Shown here: in pieces, positions 51,573 through 63,025 of the stretch
Layout of the letters: the number at the start of each line of letters is the position of its first letter
How positions within the stretch are numbered: the stretch's first letter is position 1
NCBI GenBank assembly: GCA_009914755.4
Contig: CP068257.2
Coordinates: 43,136,001-43,200,000 of the forward strand
Reading direction: 5' to 3'
Length of the DNA stretch: 64,000 bases
Source: the human T2T-CHM13v2.0 reference genome, Homo sapiens
Notes under the pieces: generated by a model
The model's database searches: none
What the model was told of the DNA's origin: nothing
Seen by the model: only the letters and a program-made list of their open reading frames with translations
Translations under genes and position numbers: made by a program

Positions 51573-52959
51573 AGGATAATCTGAAGGAAATTAAAAGTAG
51601 CTTTCAAACCACTGGGAGAAAAGCAATACAGCAAAAATCAACCAATGTAACAAATTCATTAAAAGAGATATAAACAATAAAAATAATAATGGAAGACAAT
51701 GCGTAGCACTTATGTGAAATGCATTCCTCTATATCTTTATATGTATTAATGATAGGAGGTAGCTACTATTATCGTGCCATTTTACAGATGTGGGAGCTGA
51801 GGCAAAATCATACAAAGGTAAGGTTCCACCTAGAATCTAGAAATCTGGGAAGAGCATTGCCCCTAACCTAAAAACAGAAACGCCGAATGACCTACAAAAT
51901 CATCACTGTTCTTAAATCTACCAGGGAGCTGAAATTGCAATGTAATCAACCTGAAATCCAAGGATAGACAGGGTAATTGGCTCACCCTTGACAAGGAACA
52001 GGAGGAAGATGGAGCTGCTGTAAAAGTGGACGAGAAGAATTCAGACAACCTTATTAGAAAATTGCTTAAGACCAAGCGTGGGCTTCTGTGCGAATACAGA
52101 ACCCCAAGAACTGGAGACACAATGGAGGCTCACCCTGCTTATAGGCTCTTCCACACATCACACCCTGGGCACTCACAGGAAAGGCTGGAGCATGTGGGAG
52201 GCCAGAGGAAGCAATATGTGATGGCAGAGGCCCTGGGAGGGGAGGAGCCACCACTGTGGCGGGGAGTAGGGGAAAAACCCCACCAGACAGTTTTTCCCTA
52301 TGGAACAGATGCCTTAAGATGCCAGGGAGAGAGGAGCAGAAAATCCTGTCACCTAGGGACCTGTTGTGGCTGGGGAAAACAACAAGAAAATAATTCCACC
52401 TCTAAGGGAGGGGTTGAAACATATGTACACTCAGCCCGTCAGAGGTCTTCCATCTCCAGGGAAGGAACAGGATTACTGAAAAAAATTCCACTCTGAGACT
52501 CAAGGATGTGAGTCCTGCCTGAGACTGAGCAGGACCAGGGCAGAGAGAAACAAGCAAGAGCAGCCCTCCTGAGTGAGGGGCACCAACAGGCCCTGTCTCA
52601 AGGGCAGACATGCAAAGAAGACCTAAGTTAAAGGTGCAGAGCAGGCTCATTGAGAAAAGTCCTGCAGCAAACCATCCTCAACCCTAAGTTCAAGGTCATG
52701 CTACCCTCAAGGTGACCACAGCAACAGCAAAACTCAAATCCAGCTCAACTCCTAGCTTGATTGACTCAAACCCCCATGATGGCAACCTAATGGGGAATGT
52801 CCATTTCCAGATAGAAATACTGTTGTCTCACATACAATGGCTGGCTTTCAGTAAATAATTATGAGGCACAAAAAAAAAAAAAAAAAAAGGGAAAAGAAAA
52901 ATCACAACCAGGAGACAAAAATCAGTAGAACCAGATTCAGATATGACTCAGATGCAAGG

Positions 52960-53700
52960 ATTGTCAGATAGGAATTTATCTTAAAGGTTCTAGTGGAAAC
53001 AGTAAACAATATGAATGTCAAGGTGAGGAGCTTCAGCACAGAGATTGAAATGCTAAGAAAGAGTCCAGTGAAAATGCTAGAGAGGAAGCCCACCTCCAAC
53101 AGGCTCATGAATAGGCTCAACACAGCCAAGAAAAGAAGCAGTGAGCTTCCAGATAAGTCCACAGAAATTATCCAAGCTAAAAAACATGAGGAAAAAGTGG
53201 AAAACAAACAAATGAAAACATCAGACGTAAAAGAGCAAGCAGAAGCCCTGGAGTAATCTCAAATGGTCTAACATATGTGTAATTGGAGTAACAGAAGAAG
53301 AAGAGAGAATGAGGGAGAATAAATATTTTTAAAATAATGGCAAATTTTTTTTCAGGAATAATGAAAGACACCACATCACACATCCAAGTTCAGAAAACCA
53401 TAGCCAGGATTAAAAATCTTTTTTTAGAAAGAAAACACCATATTCAGCTGCTCAAAACCAAAGATAAAGAAAACATCTTGAAGGCAAATAGAAAAAAAAA
53501 AAAAAAAAGGACACATTACACCCAGAGGAACAAGGATAAGAAGTACAACACACTTGTTAGTAGAAACTATGCAAGCCAGAAGACAATGAAGTGACATCTT
53601 TCAAGACTATGAACCCAGATTTCTATACCCAGCAAAACACCTTCAAAAATGAAGAAGAGACTTCCAATGCTGGACAATACGGAGCAAGCTCTTTCCAGCC
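52960..53700 (+). mobile_element. Old L1 ORF1 fragment (coiled-coil and RRM region).
   Basis: Plus-strand ORF 52993..53256 is L1 ORF1p-like (..SFSTEIEMLRKSPVKMLERK..SELPDKSTEIIQAKKHEEKVENKQMKTSDVKEQAEALE). Plus-strand ORF 53337..53594 contains ..IQLLKTKDKENILKA.., the conserved L1 ORF1 motif KLLKTKDKEKILKAAR. Confidence 0.7.
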
Positions 53701-54775
53701 TACATTCTTACTGAAGACAACGGAAAGCTCTGGATAACACATAAAAAAGTATCTGAGGACTCGGGAAAGTTAACAGTAGGAAGCAAATTAGGGAATGAGA
53801 CTGAAACACAAAGAAAAAGCTGGTGAGTGATCCCAAGTATTTTTCGTCTTTCATCACCCAGCTTAGACCGCAGGCTGACCCCCGTGTGGAACTGCACAAC
53901 ATGTGTGGACAGAAAAAACTACAAAAGAAATTGTTTTTTTTCTGGCCAGAGGAAAAGAGACCCTGCAAGCCAAAGCATGTGGATTGAATTCAGATTTTTT
54001 GTTTGGTTTGGTTTTTCACTTTTTTAATCTTTCCCAGCCCTCTCCCAAGAGTGTCCCGTCATAGCGCTGCACTAGGGTGGCAGAATGGACCCCAAACCTC
54101 AAGAGAAATACACATTTTCTGGCCACAGACCCTAGAAGAAAGGAGCCTTGTGATCCAAAGAGCATTAGGGAAGTTCCTGTTATTTTCCCCTCTCTTTTCT
54201 CTTGCTGCTTAGTCCATGGGCAACGTCCCTGAAACTGTGGTGGAGTATGGGTGGTTAAAGTTCCCAGAGAAATCCCTTCCTTGTAACCAGAGGACTGGTA
54301 AAGGGGGCTCTTGGGGGCTGGTGAATGTGGTAGAAATCTCAGCAAGGAGAGAATTGAAGACAGGGGTCCCCTGACTCTGTGAATGAATCAACCCTGAGCT
54401 GGGCATGGTGAGGCAATTCAAAGCAACATAGCAACAGCTTTGAGAAAGAACTGAGAGTGAAATCTTGGCCCCTGGGAGGTGGGACAGAGCTCGCATTCTG
54501 AAACTGACAGGACAGGGTGCTTGACAAAACAAAAAGAAAAAAATCATCATCCTCCAAAGGATTTTAACAGGACCCAGAGTCTCACAGCATATCAAAGTGG
54601 CCAGTATAAGATTTAGTTACTTGGTATACAAAGAACAAGGAAAATGTGATTAATTCTCAAGGGAAATGACACCAACATATGTCAACCCAAAATGATGTGG
54701 GTGTTAAGATCACCAGACAAAAACTTTTGCTGGTTGCTTTTTGTTGCTGTTTGAATTTTTTTAGAGATGGTGTTA

Positions 54776-55460
54776 CCAGTGGAGGGTGTCCAGGTTCTTG
54801 GCGTTTTGAACAATGAATTGGATGAAGCACACAAAGCAAGGAAAGAATGGAGTGACAAAAGCAGAGACTTATTGCAAATGAAAGTACACTCCACATGGTG
54901 GGAGCCGCTGGAGAATAACGGCTCAAGACCCCTTACAGAATTCTCAGGGGTTTTGATACCCTCTAGAGACTTCCCATTGGTTACTTGGTGTCCATCCTAT
55001 GTAAATGAAGTAGTGGCCTGCAAACATTCTGATTGGTTGTGGAAAGCAACCAATCAGAGGCTGAAGTGAAGTTACAAAGATTACGCCCTATGCAAGTGTA
55101 TGATTGGTTGCGGAAAGCAACCAGTCAGAGGCTAAAGTGAAATTACAAAGTTACGCTTCTATGCAAACAAAGACTTGGCCTGCAATCAGTCTGATTGGTT
55201 GCCAATCAGAGGCTGAAGTGAAGTTACAAAGTTACACTCCTATGCAAACGTCTGATTGGTTGCAGGAAGCAACCAAGCAGAGATACCTTCAATTTTCCAT
55301 CTGCCACACCCAAAAGGGGTGGGGGTGGGGGTGGGGGTGGGGGTGGGGGGATTTGCAAAGGCAGCCTCCAGTTCTTTTGTTACTTAGGTGTGGAAAGTTG
55401 GGGTTTTCCTTCTGATTTAGTTCTAGGAAGTCAGCATGAATTGGCCTTTAGGTTCCCTGC
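54776..55460 (-). mobile_element. Solo LTR12-family (HERV9) LTR in minus orientation. The U5/R end is at 54776. The U3 region at 55000-55330 carries tandem repeats of about 62 bp, each with an inverted pair of CCAAT boxes, followed by a (GGGGT)n tract.
   Basis: The revcomp of 54776-54960 reads ...CTCCAGCGGCTCCCACCATGTGGAGTGTACTTTCATTTGCAATAAGTCTCTGCTTTTGTCACTCCATTCTTTCCTTGCTTTGTGTGCTTCATCCAATTCATTGTTCAAAACGCCAAGAACCTGGACACCCTCCACTGGTAACA, which is the LTR12 3' terminus. The repeats read tctgattggttg(c/t)ggaaagcaaccaatcagaggctgaagtgaagttacaaag four times. The upper boundary is approximate because an Alu fragment follows at 55487. Confidence 0.75.
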
Positions 55461-55486
55461 TTCCAGACCCTATTCTCCTGTCTCAC

Positions 55487-55631
55487 CGGGGTCTTGCTCC
55501 GTGGCCCTGGCTGGAGTGCAGTGGCAAAATCATAGCTTGCTGCAGCCTCGAACTCCTGGGCTCAAAGCGATTCTCCCGCCTCAGGCTTCCAAGTCACTGG
55601 GACTACAGGCGTGTGCCACCGCACCCAGCTC
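55487..55631 (-). mobile_element. Alu 3'-half fragment (minus).
   Basis: The sequence is ggggtcttgctccgtggccctggctggagtgcagtggcaaaatcatagcttgctgcagcctcgaactcctgggctcaaagcgattctcccgcctcaggcttccaagtcactgggactacaggcgtgtgccaccgcacccagct. Confidence 0.85.
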
Positions 55632-55989
55632 TGCTGATTGCTTATTTAAGTAAAAGTTAAACTCTATTGAAATCATTAGAAAGACCAAGGTTCTCAGCAG
55701 AGAAGTAGAAAATATATTTTTTAAAGAAACTCAGAATTTAAAAATAATAATATCAGGAACTTTTTAATTCCCTGACTAGCCTCAAAAGCAGAATGGAGTT
55801 GTCAGAGGAAAGATTCAGCGAACCTGAAGGGAAGTCAGTAGAAATGATCCAATGTGAAGAACAGAAAATATTAAAACTAAACTAAACTGAGCCCCAGACA
55901 CCTGTGGGGGAAAAACAAAAGGTCTAATTTTCATGTCATTTTGGAGTCCCAGAAAGATTGGTAAAGAAAAACTGTTTGAAGAAATAAAG

Positions 55990-56600
55990 ACTCAAAAAAA
56001 ATCACAAATTTAGTGAAAAGAGATCAATGTATAGATTCAAGAAGTTCAGCAAACCCCAAAGAAGATAAACTCAAAACCACAATCAGGAACGTGATAATCA
56101 AAGATAAAGAAAAAAGTCTTGCAGTCAGCCAGAGGAGAACAGTACCTCACCTTCAGGGGAAGCAGTTCGAGCCACTGCACACTCCTCATCAGAAACCGTG
56201 CAGGCCAGGAGGCAGAAATGACCCTGTGAAAGCGCCGAAGGCAATTCAGTTCAGAATTTAATATCTAGTGAAAATGCTCTTCAGGAAAGGCAGTGAAAAG
56301 ACATTCTCAGACGAAAGAAAATAAAGAGAATTTATAGCCAGCAGGCTATGTTTTAAGAAATGATAAGGAAGTTCTTGAGGCAGAAGGGTATACGATAACC
56401 AGACAAGGAAGTGAAGAACCCCAGAATGGTTAAAATTAACTAAATATAGAAAACATTTGTTCCAGATTTTTAATCATCTGAAAGATAATTAACTGTTTAA
56501 AACAGGAACCAACAAACTTTTTCTGCAAAAGAACAGACAGTAAATATTTTATGCTTTCCTAGCCAAAGGCTGGGAGAGTCCTCAACTCTTTAAACAATTC
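55990..56600 (+). mobile_element. Old L1 ORF1 C-terminal to inter-ORF fragment.
   Basis: Plus-strand ORF 56013..56261 is L1 ORF1-like (..IIKDKEKSLAVSQRRTVPHLQGKQFE.., compare KLLKTKDKEKILKAAREKRHITYKGTPIRL). Confidence 0.5.
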
Positions 56601-56605
56601 TCATC

Positions 56606-56735
<130 letters not shown>

Positions 56736-56756
56736 AGAAATAATATTATTTTATTT

Positions 56757-57046
56757 TATTTTTTGAGATGGAGGATTGCTGTGTCGCCCAGGCTGGAGTG
56801 CAGTGGTGCAATCTCAGCTCGCTGTAACCTCTGCCTCCTGGGTTCAAGCAATCCTCCTGCCTCAGCCTCCTGAGTAGCTGGGCAGCACAGGTGTGCGGCA
56901 CCATGCCTGGCTAATTTTTGTATTTTTAGTAGAGACGGGGTTTCACCATATTGGCCAGGCTGGTCTTGAACTCCTGACCTCATGATCCGCCCGCCTCAGC
57001 CTCCCAAAGTGCTGGGATTACAGGCATAAGCCACCGTGCCCGGCCT
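56757..57046 (-). mobile_element. Alu (minus).
   Basis: The sequence is TTTTGAGATGGAGGATTGCTGTGTCGCCCAGGCTGGAGTGCAGTGGTGCAATCTCAGCTCGCTGTAACCTCTGCCTCC...GCTGGGATTACAGGCATAAGCCACCGTGCCCGGCC. Confidence 0.93.
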
Positions 57047-57909
57047 AGAAATAATATAATTTTAAAAAAGAAAGGCAAAGTCCTGTGGGAGAAAGAATAC
57101 CTAGATGCCGAGGCAAGAGACTAAAGGCACAAACTGTTTCAGTATAATAAAGAAAATAGAATAAGAATAGTCATAATACAAATTAGATATACAGATGATC
57201 ATGGACAATTATCAATCATTATTATAAACATTATTAATCATTAGCTTTTAACATTACTCTTTGTTACATTACTAATATAACCTAGGAATAACCGGCGGAC
57301 ATAGGGTCAGGTGCTGAAGGGACATTGTGAGAAGTGACCTAGAAGGCAAGAGGTGAGCCCTCTGTCGCGCCCGCATAGGGGCCGCTTGAGGGCTCCTTGG
57401 TGAAGCGGTAACGCCGGTGTCTGGGAAGGCACCTGTTACTTAGCAGACCTCGAAAAGGAGTCTCCTTTCCTTGGAGGAGTCAGGGAACACTCTGCTCCAC
57501 CAGCTTCTTGTGGAAGGCTGGATATTATCCCGGCCTGCCCGCAGTCATCCGGAGGCCTAAACCCCTCCCTGTGGTGCTTCAGTGGTCATGCTCCTTGTCC
57601 ACTTTCATGCTCCTCCCGTACTCCTGGTTCCTCTTTGAAGATAGCGGTAGAAAAAATAGTGGAAGTCTTAAAGTGTTTAATCTTTCTTGTAAATGCAGAG
57701 AAGAAAACGCTGATGTATGCTGCCTTCTGTCTCTGCTTTGGCTACCTAAGAGGGAAGGGCCCCCTGTCCTATGATCACGTGACTTGCTTCACCTTGTCAA
57801 TCCCTTAGAAGATTCACCCTCCTTACCCTGCCCCCTTGTCTTGTATGCGATAAATATCAGCACGCCCAGCGGTTCGGGGCCACTATCGGTCTCCTCGTCT
57901 TGGTGGTAG

Positions 57910-58351
<442 letters not shown>

Positions 58352-58934
58352 CCTTTTGACATTTTACATTTAAAGTGTTTAAAATGTAAAAACCAAATAA
58401 ATAAATAAATAAAATAAAATAAAATGTAAAAACCATTCTTAGCTCGTAGGTAGACTGCACTTCATCCATGGGCCATCGTTTGCCAACCCTTGGTCTAAAA
58501 CAGACAGTTGCCATATAGTTGGTTTACAGCATTTGTAAACGTCAATCATAACTCAGCATTGTTATGGTGATGACGTCGTCATTGGTTATGACATCATCTA
58601 TAGATTCAACATAACCCCAACCAAAATCTCAGCAGGACTTTTTGTAGAAATCAACACTCTGATTCTAAAAGTTCTAGGGAAAGGCAAAGGAACTAGAAAA
58701 GTTCAGGGAAATTTAAGGAACTAGAATAGCCAAACAGTTTTGCAAAGAACAGAATCAGAGAACTCACCATACCTGACTTGAAGTCTTAATATAAAGTCAC
58801 AGTCATCAAATGTGAAGTGACAGGCACACAGATCACTATCCCTGAACACACTGACAGATCAGAGGTGGACACACACACAAATGGCCCGTTGATTTTTCAC
58901 ACAGGTGCAGCGACAATGCACTGGACAGAAGACA

Positions 58935-59125
58935 TCTTTCTGTGCACAGAGAGACCTCCACGCCGACCTCAGTGGGGAGAATATGCCTTTCCGTGCACGG
59001 AGAGACCTCCACGCCAACACTGGTGAAGGAAATATGCCTTTCCGTGCACGGAGAGACCTCCACACTGACACTGGTGGAGAGAAGACGCCTTTCTGTACAT
59101 AGACAGACCTCCACACTGACATCAG
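58935..59125. repeat. Minisatellite with a 51-bp unit in about 3.8 copies (ctttccgtgcacggagagacctccacgccaacactggtgaaggaaatatgc).
   Basis: Four consecutive near-identical 51-mers are present. The overlapping ORFs 58836..59219(-), 58905..59102(+) and 58942..59193(+) are artefacts of the repeat. Confidence 0.9.
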
Positions 59126-60680
59126 GCCCGGTCCCTGATGACGAAAGGCCCATTTTCCTCACGATGCGCCCACCACCTCCCACTGCTTCCTGACCCCAAA
59201 CAAGGTCACATCCCAACACGGAATGCTGCAGGGTTGCAAGCCCTCACCAACGTGTTCAGGCCAGGGTTGGAGAAATATATAGCGTACCAAGCCTGGCAGG
59301 TGAAATAAGGCTGGATTGGGCCGGGGGCACTGACCTAGGACATAGGGATTACTGTGTTGCATGAGGTACTTGGAAATGAGTTCCTCATCTGGCTGATAGA
59401 CTCTCGGGCTGCACTGTGGCCAATTAGCTTGACACGATGGCCTTCCTGGCGTCCTCCGTGTGTGGCCCCTGCACCAGCGGCATCTACGTCACTCAGGGAC
59501 TGGTCCCAAAGGTGGATTCTTGGGCCCCTTCCCAGGCTTGCCAAATCAGAGCCTTGGGGACCTGTGTCCTGGCGAGCCCTCCAGAGGGTTCCCATGCTGT
59601 GAGTGTGAGATGCGAGTTATGTGTGAATTCTTTAGGAATCCTGCTGACACGCAGCCTCTGACCCAGCAGGTCCTCGGTGGGGATGGACACTAGGTACTCC
59701 AGGTGCTCCAGGTGCTGCCAGTGCTGCTGCTGGAGGGGGTGCCTGCGAGGAGCCTCTGGAGCAGGGTTCTCAGCTTTGGCTAGACATTGGATTCACCTGG
59801 AGAGTAAAAAGAAACACTCGTGCCAGGCCCGCGAGGTCCATGCGTTGGTGCAGGGTCTGGCAGTGCAGGTATAAACACTCCTCGGTGATTCCATCGTGTA
59901 GCCAAGGCGGAGTCGCTGCCACAGAGGGTGAAGCGGAACGCTCACGGAGATAGGCGCTGGGTGGTTTGTGTGCAGCCTGCCTGCTCTCTCCCGGCCACAT
60001 CCGGACACTCCCTGAACCAGGTCATTAAGGCGTGGGAAGGCTCACAGTTCCCTGGTGAGATTTCTGAGGCCCAAGACGTTGCAAGGGAGACGGGCTCCCA
60101 GATCTCAGGGGCGACGACAAGAACCCGGCGTGCTGGATGCCAGGTGTCAGCACTGAACGTGAGAGACAGTGGGAGTGGGCATCGCTGTAAGCCACGGAGG
60201 GAGAGGAACTCAGAGCTGCCTGAGCCACAGCGATGGTCGTGGTGGTGAATCCATCACAAGGAGACAGAGGCAAAGCTACCAAGCTATTGCCTGACATCTA
60301 CAGGCAGGAAAACTCTAGGTCTGTTGGTCAAAACCCAACTGGAATCACCACAGTGGGGCCTCCTGAGCATCTTCCCGAGGTGCCTGGGACTTTGAAGGGG
60401 GAGCCTCCCATGGGTGTGGGCCACAGATCAGCCCCTGCTCCTTCCAAGGCCCCCTGGCCATTTTCAAGGGTCACGGAGTTCCAGGGAAGGACAGCACCCT
60501 CCAGGGTTATTAGGTGCTGGTTCTGCAGGGCCTGGCCAGCCAGCAAGGTCCCTGGCTGGAGTAGGGTCTCCCCGCAGTCGACCATACAGTGGGCCCAGCA
60601 GGAACACACACATTTAGCAACTGGCGGAGTCTCCTCTCTTCACTGTCGTTGCAGAAAGGGCCGAGTGAGACCACGTGCAC

Positions 60681-61300
60681 CTGCAGCCCCCACCCCTCCC
60701 CAACCTTACCCCACCCCTGCAGCCCCCACCCCACCCCACCCCTGCAGCCCCCACCCCACCCCGTCCCCACCCCACCCCACCCCACCCGTGCAGCCCCCAC
60801 CACACCCCTGACCCCACCCCACCCCTGCAGCCCCCACCCCACCCCATCCCCACCCTACCCCTGCAGCCCCCACCCCACCCCACCCCTGCAGCCCCCACCC
60901 CACCCCGTCCCCACCCCACCCCACCCCACCCCTGCAGCCCCCACCACACCCCTGACCCCACCCCACCCCTGCAGCCCCCACCCCACCCCATCCCCACCCC
61001 ACCCCACCTCTGCAGCCCCCACCCCACCCCTGTCCCCACCCCACCCCACCCCTGCAGCCCCCACCCCACCCCTGTCCCCACCCCACCCCACCTCTGCAGC
61101 CCCCACCCCACCCCTGTCCCCACCCCACCCCACCTCTGCAGCCCCCACCCCACCCCTGTCCCCACCCCACCCCACCTCTGCAGCCCCCACCCCACCCCTG
61201 TCCCCACCCCACCCCACCCCTGCAGCCCCCACCCCACCCCATCCCCACCCCACCCCACCCCTGCAGCCCCCACCCCACCCCTGTCCCCACCCCTGTCCCA
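60681..61300. repeat. C-rich (plus strand) minisatellite with a unit of about 42 bp in about 15 copies (ctgcagcccccaccccacccctgtccccaccccaccccacc). The complementary strand is (GGGGTGGGG)n rich.
   Basis: The sequence is strictly periodic with CTGCAG punctuation. It explains the spurious ORFs of 232-318 aa at 60589..61488(+), 60614..61570(-), 60675..61373(+) and 60706..61290(-). Confidence 0.92.
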
Positions 61301-61872
61301 GAGAGAGGGAACTAGAGACACTACCAGAGCCTGGGAACTGTGGAGGTCAAGGTGCCAGTCAAGGCTTGCATGACACGCAGTGCCCGTGTTGTGAGCAGAA
61401 TCGTGTCTCCCTAAATTCCAGTGTTGAGATCCAAACCCCTGGGACCTCAGTGGGACTGTGTTTGGAGACAGGCTCCCTACAGAGATGATTATGTTAAAGT
61501 AGGTCACTAGGCTGGTCCCTGGCCCCATCTGACTGAAGTCCTTGTAAGAGCAGATGAGGACACAGACCACGTGAGGACCGGGGGAGGAGATGCCGTCTGC
61601 ACGCCCAGGAGAGAGGCCTCAGGAGGAACCGGCCCTGCCGCTCCAGGACCTCAGACATGCAGTTTTCAGGGCTGAGAGGGAGCCAGTGTCTGTGTGAGCC
61701 ACCTGGCTGTGGCGTCTGTCCTGGCAGCTGCAGCACACACACCCCACGGTCCACGAACCCCCTTCACAGCTGTCGCCAGAGCCACGTGGGGCTTGGAGAA
61801 GAACTGGATTGTCACGCTCTCAGTCAGGTGGTGATGCCAGTCACGCGAGGCTCCGAGGCAGCAGGTTTCAGG

Positions 61873-62034
61873 GGCACCTCCGTGCAGTCCCCGGCACCCA
61901 GGGTGCAGCCCCCAGCACCTCCGTGTAGCCCCCGACACCCAGGGTGCAGCCCCCGGCACCTCCGTGTAGCCCCCGGCACCCAGGCAGTCCCCGGCACCTC
62001 CGTGTAGCTCCCGGCACCCAGGGTGCAGCTCCTG
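61873..62034. repeat. GC-rich minisatellite with a unit of about 41 bp, made of two roughly 20-bp half-units (gcacctccgtgtagcccccg / gcacccagggtgcagccccc), in about 4 copies.
   Basis: The sequence is ggcacctccgtgcagtccccggcacccagggtgcagcccccagcacctccgtgtagcccccgacacccagggtgcagcccccggcacctccgtgtagcccccggcaccc... Confidence 0.85.
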
Positions 62035-62329
62035 GCCCGGCCTCTGCTTTGCCGGTTGCTTCCAGTCCTAGCAGCAAAGATCGCAGAGCCTCTGTCCTCT
62101 TGGGGTGCGGGGCAGAGCACGGGCACCATCTCCTCAGGGCTGGGCCCCCGTTCTTGCCCTACGACTCTGCAGAGACAATCGTGTGACTCGCAGCTCATGA
62201 ATTAGCCTGGTAGACAGGAGGCCGGAGAAGCCCGGATGCCTGGCCTGGGTGCCCGTGTGTCCCAGGGGACAGACCCTGCCCAGCCCAGGGGCCTGCCATG
62301 CTCTCTGGACGTGTTGGGATGTCTGAGGG

Positions 62330-62425
62330 TGGGGCAAGAGAGAGAGAAGGAGAGGGAGAAAGGGAGAGAGGAGCGGAGAAGGAAAGAAAGGTAAAGAAGG
62401 AGAGGGTGGGGTGGAGAGAGAGAGG
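62330..62425. repeat. Homopurine (GA-rich) tract of about 95 bp.
   Basis: The sequence is caagagagagagaaggagagggagaaagggagagaggagcggagaaggaaagaaaggtaaagaaggagagggtggggtggagagagagagggggga. Confidence 0.85.
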
Positions 62426-62944
62426 GGGGACAGGGCTGCTGTAGGTCCCTGTGGCCACGGCACAGGGTGGCTGTGGGCTGGGGGGCCTAAGGTTGGGGCC
62501 GGCCTATTCCTTGTGTGGGTGTGTGGCTCTGACCCAGCAGCAGGGCCATGCCTTTGCCCGTTGGAGCCCGGCTTGGAGCAGGAGCAGGTGGGGTGTAGGG
62601 CCAGGCTGCGGCACCAGTGGCCCTGGGGCCTGGGAACCTGCCTGCGGTGCAGGCGTCTGCCCTTCCTAGAGGAGGCGCTGGGTGAGACCCTCCAGGGTGT
62701 TTGGGGCCAAGCTGTGCGCACCTCTGATGCCAGCTGTTCTCGGTTTGGAAAGCGCTCACTGTGCATGTGGCGCTGGGGGCTGAGCTGCACGTTCCAGGCC
62801 CCCCCCCAGGCCCCCCGCACACATCGTGGCCCACAGCCATGAGCCTCGCAGCACCACCATAAAGGGGAATCATAAATAGGGACCAGGTCCCAGAAGGTGC
62901 ACACAGCGCGCAGGGCACCAGCGCCCGGGTACGCCCCGCCCACC

Positions 62945-63025
62945 GCTCCCAGTCTCACCCCTCCCAGACTCACCCCTCCCAGACTCACCCCTCCCAGACT
63001 CACCCCTCCCAGACTCACCCCTGGG
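62945..63025. repeat. Minisatellite with a 15-bp unit (cctcccagactcacc) in 5 copies. It is followed by an approximately 40-bp direct duplicate.
   Basis: The sequence is ctcccagtctcacccctcccagactcacccctcccagactcacccctcccagactcacccctcccagactcacccctggggctgctgg. The (ESGRG)n stretch in ORF 62870..63103(-) mirrors it. Confidence 0.9.

Noticed and set aside
60589-61570. ORFs of 232-318 aa on both strands (PHP/GWG-rich)
   Set aside because: They are entirely contained in the 42-bp C-rich minisatellite. The periodic low-complexity translation in all frames is not protein-coding.
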